A DNA stretch of 64,000 nt, from positions 95,356,001 to 95,420,000 of the forward strand of contig OZ024746.1 in NCBI GenBank assembly GCA_964016885.1, given 5' to 3'. Source of the stretch: Eledone cirrhosa (lineage: Eukaryota). This document shows, piece by piece, positions 51,446 to 64,000 of the stretch; positions within the stretch are counted from its first letter, which is position 1; each line of letters starts with the position of its first letter. Position numbers and translations under genes: made by a program. The notes under the pieces are model-generated. The model was not told where the DNA came from. It was given only the letters and a program-made list of their open reading frames with translations, and ran no database searches.

Positions 51446-53693
51446 ATTTTGTAGCCAAAACAATAATCAAAATTAAAATTCAACTGTAGAATTGTATTCA
51501 ATCTATTATTTATTTATTTGTAATGAAGATAATAAAAATTGTAGAATTCCAATTACAAATATGTATTTCAATCTTAACTGGATCTCTTCAGTAAATAATG
51601 TGTTTTGACATTCAATATTTCATCCTTTCGATAAATAAAGTATTGGGGTTGACTCTTCCTCTATCTCTCTATCTTTTGCTGGAAGAAATCAACTATGTTG
51701 AAACCTAAAGCAGTATGGGCTCCATCAGGTTTAACCTTTTAGCATTTAAACCAGCTGTATCCGACCAGAATTCTTTCACCTCTTTCTGTTCAAACCTGCT
51801 GTAACCAGCAGCTCATACTTATGTTAAGGTGTTGTTCTCAAAGTAAATAATATCAAAATCTCAGATTCGATTTTATGTGAGGTAAAGCCTTTACCATGAA
51901 AATATAATAATAAATATAGAGTAATGTAAATACTAAAGGGTTAATCTTCAATATTTCATCCTTTCAACATTGATAAATAAAGTACAGGGGTTGACTCTTC
52001 TTCTATCTTTCTATCTTTTGCTGGAAGAAATCAGCTATGTCGCGACCTGAAACAGTATGGGCTCCATCAGGTTTAAGCAGCGCCTATGACTCAATTGAGT
52101 GTTAAAGGTATATGCATGCAAAGCCACTATGCCATGTTAAATGACAAATGGAGTGGAGAAGGTGAGAAAATGAAATACACACTAGCACTGAATTAAATAT
52201 TTATTTCATAATTTATAAATTGTCAACAATTTTTTTTTTTTTTTAATTAATTTTTACATCCATTATTTACTGTACACAATACAGACAGAGAAGAATTGTG
52301 GAGTGTTTTAAACTGCTGATATGACATCTGAGCTAAGAATAAAAATTTAACAAAAAAAAGAAACAAAAACAACACACACACACACATACATATTATATAT
52401 ATACATATACATATGTACACATACATAAACAAGAACAAAGCAACATGTAGGTTGCAGCCACACACCTACACACACACACAGTCACACACAGCCACACACA
52501 TACACACAGTCACACACATATCATTTGATTATTTTTCTTCTGGCGAAGTAAAAATTGTTCCAAGTTCAATTCATAATAATAACATTTATATAAAATTTGA
52601 AAGAATTTAACCAGTTTGCAAATGTACAAGGTATTATTATTATTATTATTATTACAATGCTTATTTGAATTAAATAATTAATTAATATTTCTAAATTCCA
52701 GTTATCCTCCCTCACCATCAATGTCCGATTACAATTATCAAATTACTTGGAAAAAAAAAATAAAAAAGAAAAATAAAAAAAAATGAAAGACAAAAAAAAA
52801 AGATACAAAATTGAGCCTGGCAAGATTTGAACTCAGAATGTAAAGATATAAATCTAAATATGGTGTGGCATTTATATTAACACTAATATTTCTGCTAACA
52901 TGAACAAATACCTTAACCTTTTTTGATACCAACCCAGCCAAAACTGGCTCAGTTTGCATGAAACAAAAGGACCTATTTTAAAGGGATCCTATATAAATTA
53001 AAGTATTCCAAACATAATTTTATATAAAAGCCGTTTGTTAAGTTACATTAAAAATACTATCTCAAAAATGAAATAATAATTTCAGTAAATCCTTTCAAAT
53101 TTTTCATTATTGGTGGAAATACAATGTATTTCATTAGAAATATAAGATCCTGATCGCAGTGCTGAGATTGTTTTACATTTGAGGTATAAAATATGTGATT
53201 GTGTGTATGAAATGTATAGGTCAGTTAGTAGCTGTGGTGTGGTGTGGTAGGCTATCTAGAATTATTTGTAGTTGTTCAACACAAGAGTATTTTCTAGTTG
53301 AAATCCAACCTAGATCAGTAGAGCTTAAAGTAAGTACCAGTAGCAATAGAGGTTACCCAGTAATTGTAGCAGTTACTGATGAAGCAAAAATAATTAGCAG
53401 CACTTATCTCATCTTTGCAATAAAAGCTAATAAAACCAGAGCTTCTTTGATTAACTTTCACATGGATATTACAAACATATTTACACAAGCATATATGGAT
53501 TTACATATATGGCTAATGTTTTTTTCTTTAAAATTTCAAAAGTAATATCCACCCATAGGTGAATTTTGTCAAACATGAATTCAAATATATGATCTTTATT
53601 TTATATTTCTACCATCATCATCAGAAACTTTCTTCAAGTGTTACAATACCACCATCAACTCACAGTTACTGGCTTCAATTCTTGCCTTAGATC

Positions 53694-53971
53694 CAGAGGC
53701 ATAACTAAGGAAAATAGCGCCAACGGCAAGCAGTGAAATTATGTCCCTGAGCCAGCTCTGTATTTTTACCTATGGGCCTAATAATTTATATAAATGGTTT
53801 AATGATCCAGCCACCATAGTGTTGTCACCCATGATAGAGACAGATCATACATCTGAAGGAGTTTCTTTTTTCACTCTCCAACGAGGCTTATTTGACTTTA
53901 AAAGAACTTGCTCCTAGTCCAAGTGGCGCCCTCTTCATGTGGCTGCTTGCCATACCCTAGTTATGCACCTG
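53694..53971. mobile_element. hAT-like MITE
   Basis: CAGAGGCATAACTAAGG...CCTAGTTATGCACCTG inverted ends. Related copy at about 23160-23415. Confidence 0.65.
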
Positions 53972-54611
53972 CATATTTGTAAATTCATGTTTGTACACTC
54001 TACTTTCATTTAAGTGTCAAATTGAACAATAGTCATTTAACTAGCAACATTTTATACAGATAATAGATACACTTGGGACGGACCTCCACCAGTTTTGACA
54101 ATGAGTATTCCAGTCGTTTGACCAATGGAATGACCTGCTCATGAAATTAATGTCTATGTAGTTGAGCATTCCCCCCGGTACATATACTCTTAATGTAATT
54201 CTCAGGGAGATTCAGCATGACAGTGTGTGACAAAGCTTACCCTTTGAATTACAGATACAGTCCATGAAATGGGCTTCCAAACTGTTTCCATCTACCCAAT
54301 TCCACTCAAAAAGCTTGGGTAGCCTGAGGTTATGGTAAATAACACTTTTCCAAGATGTCATGCAATGGGATCAAACTTGGGACCTAATGATGGTGAAACA
54401 AACTTCTTAACCATTTGACTATGGTGCATCCACACACAAACATTTAAAATGAAACAACCTGATATATTACACACAATTCTATCTGCTTTGGCACGAAAAG
54501 TTTCAATGGACACTAATATATTTGATTAACTGAGTAGATTTAAAAAAGAAAAAGATATTTTGTCAAAATAATCAAATATTTTCCTGCCTATTTCTGGTTT
54601 TGTAATACTTT

Positions 54612-54648
<37 letters not shown>

Positions 54649-54727
54649 ATAATAAAGACCAAAATCCGAAGAGGGCTCGATAACAATTGTATATATATAT
54701 TTAAACTTGTAGAGCAAATATTTATTA

Positions 54728-55050
54728 TTAGCACAGATTAAAGTTTAAGCAAAGAATTTCTGTTTTCACCCTATACAGGATCTTCTGAAAATGAGTTTCA
54801 GAAGATCCTCTATAGGGCGAAAGCAGAAATTCTTTGCGTAAACTTTAACCTGTGCTAAGAGGGATGTGAGAATGAGAACTCAATACCAAAGAAAAGTTTA
54901 ATAACATTCTTTATTATGGCTAAGTGATGAGTCATGTTACTCAAGACTTTTTTCAATTGTACTCACAGGATCATCTTGTCTGATGATCCTGTAAGTACAA
55001 GTGAAACTCCAGAATAACAAGACTCATTCCTAAGTCATAAAGAATATTAT
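54728..55050. repeat. Two adjacent imperfect palindromes (54728-54858, 54901-55050) with hammerhead-like cores
   Basis: The second has CTTGT-CTGATGA...GAAAC...ATA-ACAAG (54975-55021). The first has degenerate CAGAAGA-TCCT-CTAT-AGGG-CGAAA. (TA)n lies nearby on both sides. Confidence 0.65.
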
Positions 55051-56665
55051 ATATACATATACATGTTTATTTATTTTCTAAGTATGTTAGCATAAAGAGC
55101 TGTAATGAAATGCTGCAAAACATTTTGTCCGACCCTCTAACAATTCTGCCAATCCAGCACCCTAACAAAAATGTAATACACTCAGTCATGCATTCTGCTA
55201 TTTCATTAATGTTTTGTTATTAAATTAAAGATTTTGGTAATTAATTTTCCTTGCATAGCACTAGAGCTAATATGAGTACAATTTTTGAAGATTTTGTTAA
55301 AGAATGGCACTCAATGACCAACATATTCACATATTCTTGACAACGGTATGAAATTTACACAAGGAAATTGAGCAAAAAGTAAAAGTAGGGAAAATATGAT
55401 AAGGATTTAAAAACAAAATATTTTTGCATATCATTGCTTAAAATGAGCCAACTTGAACCTCTGAAGAAACTCCTGTGTAGTAACTTGAGCTGTTCAATGT
55501 AGACAGCCAAATCTCCCTGAATGGAGATCATATATTGTAATCATAAATCTCTGGACAACACACCTTACATTAAAAATGAGGAAAGTCACGACTAAAGATA
55601 GCAATGTGAATACTGTTGAATTAGTAGTTGCTGTGCCACAGGGCTCACATAAACAAACATGGTGAGGGTAACAACAGCATTTTCACACTGTTGTTACAGC
55701 ATGTATGGTATGGCCCTGTAACTCCTGATGTAGTCGCAGGGGTGCTGTATTGACATATAGCATTTTGGGGGCATTTTTAAACCTGGCGGAGCCCATCTCC
55801 TCTTCAAGTCTGAATACAGTAGATTTTTTCCAGAGAAGGATGGAGATTGAGAGAATAGAAGAGATAAAGAGATATAGAGGAAGAATCAAACCCAGTACAA
55901 AGCTGGTACTTTTTTATCAACTTTGAACTGATGAAAAACAAAGTTGACTTTGGCAGGATTTAAACTCAGAGTAGAGAGCCAAAACGACTACCACAAGCAT
56001 TCTAACTGACCTTCTAACAACTCTGCCAACTCACTGTCTTTATGTTGTTACAGCAAAAACTCTAAATATTATTGGAGAGAAGAGAGGATGAGACAGTTGT
56101 TAAACTGTGGTTACACAACAACCTTAGTACATACATTAGGTAGAAGAGACAAGACACAACAGAATCAACAGAATCAACAGAAACATCAAGTAGAAAAATG
56201 TAAACAAATATATATAGAGAGAGAGAGTAATATTCTTACAGACAAGCCAATCATTCTGGACTACAGAGATAATAAGAGAAATATCATGTAGAGAGGATAA
56301 AGCCTTTATTGTATAGATTAGTTAACTTTACATGCCACAGATCATGAGGTTATAGTGTAATAGTTCATTATATTTCTTTGGTAAGATAAGTTAAGCTCGA
56401 TGTATTATAACTGCTCCAAAAGACTTGAGCTGAAAATACCATATTTGGGAAGAACGCTTACCAAGGATTATCTACCGACATTAAATAATAACAATCGTTT
56501 CTGATTTAGGCACAAGGCCAGCAATTTTGAAGGAGCGGAAAGTCGATTAAATCGACCCCAGTGCATGACTGGTACTTTATTTTATCGATCCCATAAGGAC
56601 ATTAAATACTACTACTACTAATCCTTGGTCTTATATATATAATCCTTGAATTATATATATATAAT

Positions 56666-56850
56666 TATAAAATTTAACATAGAAATGGCTTTTACAGGAC
56701 TAGAACCGTTTCATTTGAAGGAAATCAATGATTTCCTTTGAATGAAACAGTTCTAGTCCTGTAGAAGCCATTTCTATATTAAATTTTATATATACTCTAC
56801 TAATGTATTGAGTACCTTACTTACTGTGGTTACCCCTGATAGAACCCGGG
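56666..56850. repeat. Palindromic pLTR-like element, family 2, second copy
   Basis: Arms 56666-56790, homologous to 42225-42400. Confidence 0.75.
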
Positions 56851-57434
56851 ACTCACATACATATATATATCAATCAGGTTCCTGCAACTAGTGCAGCCAG
56901 TCGTCAGAGTGCCACTCTACATGTTTGACTATGTGTCCATCTTGGCATTTCAGTGGGCCTTAGAAATGCTTGGTGGCGCCCATCTCCTCTCCAAGCATCC
57001 AGTCACTCATTAGGCTTAGTGTGCTAGCAGAAGAGGTTCCTGGGGTAAGGCTGAATAATGTCCTGGAGCCAAAAGTGAGGGGTCAGGAGAGAATCAGTGT
57101 ACCCATCCACACCTAAGAATGTCACTGCCAGACATCAAGGTATTCATCATCATCATCATCATTTAACGTCTATCTTCCACACTAGCATGGGTTTAGACGG
57201 GAATTGTCCCACTTGAGGCAAGATTGGTTGGGTGACCATGCCTCGCTCGTATAGGACTGTCTGGCAGGTTTTCTATGGCTGGATGCCCTTCCTAACACCA
57301 ACCACATTTACAGTGTTACCTACATGGTCACATTACCACATATTTATATATATATATATACACAAATATATATATATACAAATATACATATATGCAAATA
57401 TATATATATAAATAAATAAATAATATAAATATAT

Positions 57435-57610
57435 ATATCCATGATATTAATAAATGGAAACTATATTTATAAAATAAATATGGTTTTATAAATATAGTTT
57501 CCATTTATTAATATCATGGATATTATACTCCGGGTAACCTGTTGAGTGCTTCGAATCTGTTATAATAAATAAATTTGTTGAATTACCAACAAATTAAATA
57601 TCTCTTTGCT
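57435..57610. repeat. Short palindromic copy of the 20393 family (40-bp arms, no hammerhead)
   Basis: Arms 57435-57523 with the same tail TATACTCC...GTTGAGTGCTTCGAATCTGTTATAA, within (TA)n. Confidence 0.8.
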
Positions 57611-58187
57611 TATATATATATAAGACCGCATATGACTCAACTAGAATGTAAACAAATCTAAAAGAAATCCATGCTATCCAGACCCAAGCAAATGCAGCCC
57701 ACGATCCAATCCACAAAACTCTACTGCATCGGCTATAAATAACATTCAAACATGCCTTCCAAAACCTTACCCCAGCCTTCTCAAGCAAATAACCAACCTG
57801 TTCTAATTACTGGTATGGGGAGGGGGATGATGGACTATATATATAGTTTTTCTGATGATTTTATTAGGCATACATTGTATTTAAAATTGAGTGACACAAC
57901 TTCAAGTGATTAGCAATTCTTAGACACCTTAATCAATGAAACAATTGTTAATACTGTAAATAAAACCCTTCTTGTACTGTTGACCATGTTATTCTTCACT
58001 CTTTCACCATTTCACTATTATTACTCCAAGATTAACCTGCATAGGAATTCCCGAGAACTCGCAACCTAACTAAGGAAACCTGCCGTTCGTTAAAACTATC
58101 CACAATACAGAGTATTCACAACCTCTAACTGGATTACCTATAACGATAATTTGTTATCCTATATATATATATATATAAAATCATCAT

Positions 58188-58232
<45 letters not shown>

Positions 58233-58743
58233 AGAGAAGGAGAAATGTCTTTTACTCCAACTCAGATCCAAATGAGACATATTTCTCTCATTATCTATCC
58301 TCTCCACTCTCCCAGATCCTATTACAAAATATCCTTCTTCCCCTAACCTGACTCCCACTCCTACGGGAACACCTTTCCTGCCTACATGTTCTCCACAAAC
58401 ACCAAAACATCAATCTGCAAGTGGCTAAGCTGAACAATAATTTCATTAATAATCTGGGTGGTGGGGAGGCCTGCCCGCAAGGGACTATGGCCACTGTTTC
58501 TCTGTTTTGGACTTAGTAATGGCACAAGGCTAGCAATTTAGAGGCGAGGAGGAATCAATCAAATTTACCTCAGTAGTTAACTGGTACTTTATTTTATTAA
58601 CCCCCAGAAGGATTAAAGGACTAAACAAAAAAGAGACAAATAAGGAAATAGAATGATATTGGAAAAGAGGGTGAGGAAAGGAGAGAGAGAGAGAGATAGA
58701 AAGAAAAAGAGCAAGCAAAATATTGTTATGCACATCATTAGCA

Positions 58744-58774
<31 letters not shown>

Positions 58775-59007
58775 TTATATATATATATATATTTATATAT
58801 ATTTACACTCTGCACACTACAGGCGCCTTAACTCTGGAATACAACCCACACAAGACAGACCTCGTAACACCATTTAGTGCTTTGAACATCATGCAGACTT
58901 TAACTGACATCGACCGTGGTAGAAGATGCTAAATGTTAGGTCGCCCTCATGTCTCTGATTTTCAGCCCCATGGATTTTGTCTATTATATTCCTTTGTTAT
59001 AATTCGA

Positions 59008-59065
59008 ATACCTGATGATGTCACCGGATTCATACTGAACCCGGTCATTGAAATGATCATAGTAT
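59008..59065 (+). ncRNA. Type-I hammerhead ribozyme candidate
   Basis: ATAC-CTGATGA-TGTCACCGGATTCATACTGAACCCGGTCATT-GAAA-TGATCA-TA-GTAT: 4-bp stem I, long stem II (ACCGG/CCGGT, TTCA/TGAA), palindromic TGATCA stem III. Confidence 0.7.
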
Positions 59066-59463
59066 AATAAACCTTTCAAGGAATTACACCAGTCCAGCCT
59101 CCTCTTATTTTATAATAATTATAATATATATATGTATATATATACATATATATATATAAGGGGGACAACAAACAGAGGTACAAAAAGTCTTAAATACATA
59201 TATATATATATAAGACTTTTGTACCCCTGTTTGTTGTCTCCTTTACATATATATATAGAGAGAGAGGGGGAGAGTTTATTGGTATGTAACATTTAGTTAC
59301 CATTGGTTCACCAGTTAGAGCACTCAATGCTAATATAGGTCTGACTGCCAATGAGGTATTCTGTGTTTGGTATTACACCGTAGTCAATATCCTTAAGAAG
59401 CAGAGTGTTATAATAATATTAATAAGGAGCAGGAATGAAGTATCAATAAAACATGAATATAAT

Positions 59464-59695
59464 GCCAATATAATGATGGTGATCCACACTCGGTCAGGAC
59501 GAAGCCAATATAATGATGGTGATCCACACTCGGCCAGGGCGAAGCCAATATAATGATGGTGATCCACACTCGGTCAGGACGAAGCCAATATAATGATGGT
59601 GATCCACACTCGGTCAGGGCGAAGCCAATATAATGATGGTGATCCACACTCGGTCAGGGCGAAGCCAGAGGAAACTCTGGTGGAAGTCTGAAGCA
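59464..59695 (+). repeat. 40-bp x5 tandem repeat and adjacent 28S rRNA-derived fragment
   Basis: Ends in CAGGGCGAAGCCAGAGGAAACTCTGGTGGA, which I recognise as a conserved eukaryotic LSU rRNA segment. Confidence 0.8.
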
Positions 59696-59698
59696 AAT

Positions 59699-59881
59699 AT
59701 AATTGTTTCTACTTTTGGCACAAGGCCAGCAATTACCCAGTGCATTACTGGTACTTTATTTTATCGACCCCGTAAGGATGAAAGGCAAAGTTAACCTCGG
59801 CGGTATTTGAACTCAGATCATAAAGGGGTGTAACTCTATGCTGCAAAGCATGGCGTCCGACCCTCAACCGATACTGCCAAT
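59699..59881 (-). mobile_element. tRNA-derived SINE copy
   Basis: Reverse complement of the 541-730 family. Confidence 0.85.
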
Positions 59882-59923
59882 CATGTAATATTGATAGTTT
59901 GTTTCTGCATTATATTATTTATT

Positions 59924-59955
<32 letters not shown>

Positions 59956-61514
59956 TGCATATATATATATATATACATACACATATTTATATACATATAG
60001 ATAGATAAATAAAGTGAGCGGATGTACATTTAAAACCGTCTCTTCTTTATAATATATATATATATATATGCACACACACACGTACTACACACTTCATGTC
60101 CTTCTCCTTGCTTCATCTCTCTACAATCACACACAAATACACATTTAACCTATTTAACAACATGAAAATCTGGCAAACACCTTCTTTGACAGTAAAAACT
60201 ACCTACTAATGGAGAAATATTGATGAGTAAACACGCAGCAAAATATTTGTTCAGTGTGAACTGTAAACCCTTTATTTTTATTTTTTATTCATCTTTTTTT
60301 GTTTGTTTTGTTTTATTTACTTTCACTCTGGTAACTTTAACTCCTTTTGATACCAAACCACCTGAAACCACCCTTGGTTCTACATTATAAATCTGTATAT
60401 ATTTTACAGTGTATATATTTATCATAAAAACCTTCCATTATTACTTTATGTAACAACCCTTATGTTCTAAACACCAGCTTAATAATGAGAAACTTAGTTA
60501 CATTACTAAATTAATCCAAATTTTTGATTATTTTCAAAATGATTTGACAATTATAGGCAGTGTCTTTCATCAGAAATATGGTAATGAAAGGGTTAACTCA
60601 TGAAAAGTTCAAGCAGATATAATTCCATAGATTTTTTTTTGTTCCAATTAAAAAAAAAATGTTCTCTTTTCTTTTTAAAGAATATTGGGATATATATATC
60701 TATATATATATTATATAATTTATTTATGTTCCTACACTGAACAAAGACAGTACCCAAGGTTTCAAGGCCTAAATTTGACCAGAAAACAAGAGGCATCAAA
60801 ATATTGACCTTTCTTCATATATATATATAGTTAATTTCAGATAAAAATTACTTCTACAGGACTATGTTGTGTATATATATATATATATATATTTGTGTGT
60901 GTGTAATTATTTTTATTATTTTGATTATGGTTTTGTAAATGAAAAAAATTTGATTGAATCTGAACAAAAGGAATTCCCTGCCAACATGAAAATATTCTGA
61001 AGATAAAATAAGTTTCTGCGGAATAATTTTCTCGATGAGAAAAGTATACTTTTAGCAACTCCTGTTTCTATTATTGATTTCATCATTATTATTGATTTTG
61101 TTGAATTTTTATATATTTTTGTAAGAATTCAACAGGAAATATCTAAAAATGGGTTTGTTAATTCAAATGTTTATAGTTCCATTACTATATATTATAGTAT
61201 CTTTTCACAGATTATTGTGAAAATTTGCAATGTTGTAAAAGGCTTCAATTTTTAATATGATGCAGTCAGAGTGCAGGTTTGTACTTTTCAAGAATATCTT
61301 GCTTATGTGGTTTCATATGGTACAGGACATTAAAATTTAAAGTGGTTTCATGTAGTGCAGAATGTTAAGAATTAATTGATAAATATTCTGGAGACTACGA
61401 AGCCCAAAGAAACTGATAGTGCTTACCTCAGACTGACTACATTATTTATAACTATTTAGCATAATATATTGCTATACCCACTATATTATTATTACTATTA
61501 GTAGTAGTACTGTC

Positions 61515-62450
61515 AGGTTGATGGACTGACAGAATCAGTAGAGCATCAGACAAAATGCTTTACAATATTTCTTCCAGCTCTTTACATTCTGAGTTCAAAT
61601 TCTGCCAAGGTCAATTTTGCCTTTCACCTTTCTGGGGTCAATAAAATTAAAAAAATACCTATCAAATAATGGTTTCTGGCCAACAATTTGGGGGGAAAGG
61701 GAAAGTTAATAAAATCGACCCTAATGCATTACTGGTACTTTATTTTATTAATCCCGTAAGGATGAAAGGCAAAGCTAACCCTGGCGGGATTTGAACTCAG
61801 AACATAAAGGGCCATAACTCTATGTTGCTAAGCAAGTTGTCTGACGCTCAACTAATTCTGCCATTCCAAATATAATTGACTTTCTCCTACTCCCTGAATT
61901 GCTGGCCTTGTGCCAAAATTAGAAACAATTATTATTGTTTGTATTAATATTGATTTTTAATTTCGACACAAAGCCAAAAAGTTATGGGAAGGAGAATGTC
62001 ATTTACACCAACACCTGTACTTCACAGGTACTTTATTTTACTGACCATGAAAGGATGAAAAGCAAAGAAGACCACAGTGAGATTTGAACTCGGAATGTAA
62101 AGGGTCAGAACAAATACCACAAGTTATTTTGTCCAATTCTCTAATGATTCTGCTAATTCAACACTATGATGATGATAATTGTTTCTATCTTAGGCACAAG
62201 GCCTGCAATTACCCCAGCGCATTACTGGTACTTTATTTTATCGACCCCATAAGGATGAAAGGCAAAATTAACCTGTGGGTTTTGAATTCAGACCCTAAAG
62301 GGCCGTAACTCTGTGCTGCAAAGCATGGTGTCCAAATGCTATCTAATTTAGGCACAAGGCCAGTAATTCTGAGGAGAGGAAAGTCAATTACATCCACCCA
62401 GTACTTGATTGGTACTTCATTTTATTGACTCCTGAACAATGACAGGTAAA
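61515..62450. mobile_element. Cluster of at least 5 SINE copies in both orientations
   Basis: Copies at about 61515-61650 (+), 61675-61865 (-), 61960-62160 (-), 62176-62335 (-) and 62343-62450 (-). Confidence 0.75.
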
Positions 62451-64000
62451 GAGGCTATTAGTTTGTTTTTTCTGTCTTAACACAAATCTTTCAAGAGTGA
62501 AACTAAAATTTGTTTTAATTTTCTTTTTTAATCATAACAAAAATGAAAAAAAATGAAGCATACCTCAGAAATCCAATTTTTCTTCAGTAAATTTATCATG
62601 TAGCTTTGAAGCACTTAAGTTCAAAAAGACCAACAGCTTTCATTAGATTTAGCTGCAGTCCCCCTTGTAAAGGAAAGAAAAGGAGCCTGATCATTAGATC
62701 AGACTATGGTTAAAATGTTTTCATTGGTCTTTCCATTGCTGATGTTATCTTTCGATCACAATTGAACTCAGAATGCAGAGATTAGATACTGTAAAGCATT
62801 CCATGACACTCATTAACAGTATTACTAATCTAATACCCCTAGACTGGTATTTTATCAACCCCAAAAGGGTGAATGGCAAAATTGACTTCAATGGCAAAGA
62901 GCTGGAAAAAATAAAGACATTGAATCTACCATTCTAACAATTCCATCAATTCATTGCATGTAGCCTCATGATTAACCCTCTTGGTGCTGTTGGTGACATA
63001 AGTCGCGGATAGAGTAATCTCCCCTTGATACATAGTACAGTGTCAAGGGAAGCAATTTATAAAAAAAACATTCAGCCTCCTAAAGGTTAAGATGTTGGAC
63101 GCACAATCATATGATTGTGATCTTAAGTCCTGGACTGAGTGGCATGCTGTGTTCTTAATCAAAATACTTTATTTCCCATTGCTCCTACTTCCAGTAGTTG
63201 CAACAAGCAGAACAGATAGTATTAGTAATGGGTAGATAAATGGAAACATTGATTCCATGACCCGATCTGATAATCAGCTCCTTTCCTCTAATAAATGCTT
63301 AATTAAATATTTAATATTCATTTTAAAACAAATTTTTTTAAACATAATTACAAGATTTACAAGAGAAATAAAATGAGAGAATGTGACATTCATGCCTTTC
63401 TCAAATGTATTAGCAACACAACTGATGCAGAATGTCTATAACTAAGATTGAAACAATGTCTGCGGACTCAAGTTAATGATGTGTTATAGCACTCACCAGC
63501 CTAGCATTTTTGCTAATGATACTAATTTAGGCACAAGGCCAGCAATTTGGGAAGGGACGGGAGGGGAAAGTTGATTACAAAGACCCCTGGACTTTCACTA
63601 GTACTATATTTCATTAGCCCTGGAAGGATGAAAATTAAAGTTGACCTCGGTAGGTTTCGAACTCAGATGTATACATATATGTATCTATAAACATACATAT
63701 ATAAACACACACACACACACACACATATATACATACATACATATATATATATACATACATACATATATATATATACATACATACATATATAATATACATA
63801 CATATACATACACATACATAATATACATACATATACATATATATACACATACATACAAATATATTCATATACATATATATATATATATATATATAGATAT
63901 ATATAGATATATATATATTATATAAACACATGCATACTTATGTTAAGAGAAACCAAATTTGGTCTGATTCATTTACTGAGAAATGAAAGTTGAGGTGGGA

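Noticed and set aside
53195-53545. 116-aa ORF
   Set aside because: No recognisable motif or convincing splice sites; looks like UTR or intergenic sequence.
57850-57895. CTGATGA motif as a hammerhead (also at 3820, 24484 and 33440)
   Set aside because: No properly placed GAAA or stems I/III.
59464-59695. Functional rRNA gene
   Set aside because: Only about 60 nt of diverged similarity, with no rDNA context.

Overview
AT-rich, repeat-dominated eukaryotic DNA with many (TA)n, (CAT)n and (CA)n microsatellites. The repeat content (RTE LINEs with (GAT)n tails, tRNA-derived SINEs, Penelope-like fragments, TTAA-flanked MITEs) suggests a mollusc, probably an octopod cephalopod; this is an inference. 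Most long ORFs in the track are retroelement pieces or tandem-repeat artefacts. I reconstructed one host gene by hand: five + strand exons at 28243-47972 with consistent splice phases and an unidentified 5' end. It encodes a Ser-rich region, a SEA-like domain, one TM helix and an acidic tail. Other highlights: (i) several unrelated (TA)n-associated, often palindromic elements carrying minimal type-I hammerhead ribozyme motifs, probably Penelope pseudo-LTRs; (ii) an intronic array of about 30 copies of a 73-bp unit that folds into a hairpin; (iii) a near-intact RTE LINE with a PHD-like finger and one nonsense codon; (iv) a 48-bp satellite amplified from an RTE 3' UTR; (v) a 40-bp tandem repeat derived from 28S rRNA. 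All coordinates were read by eye and no searches were run.
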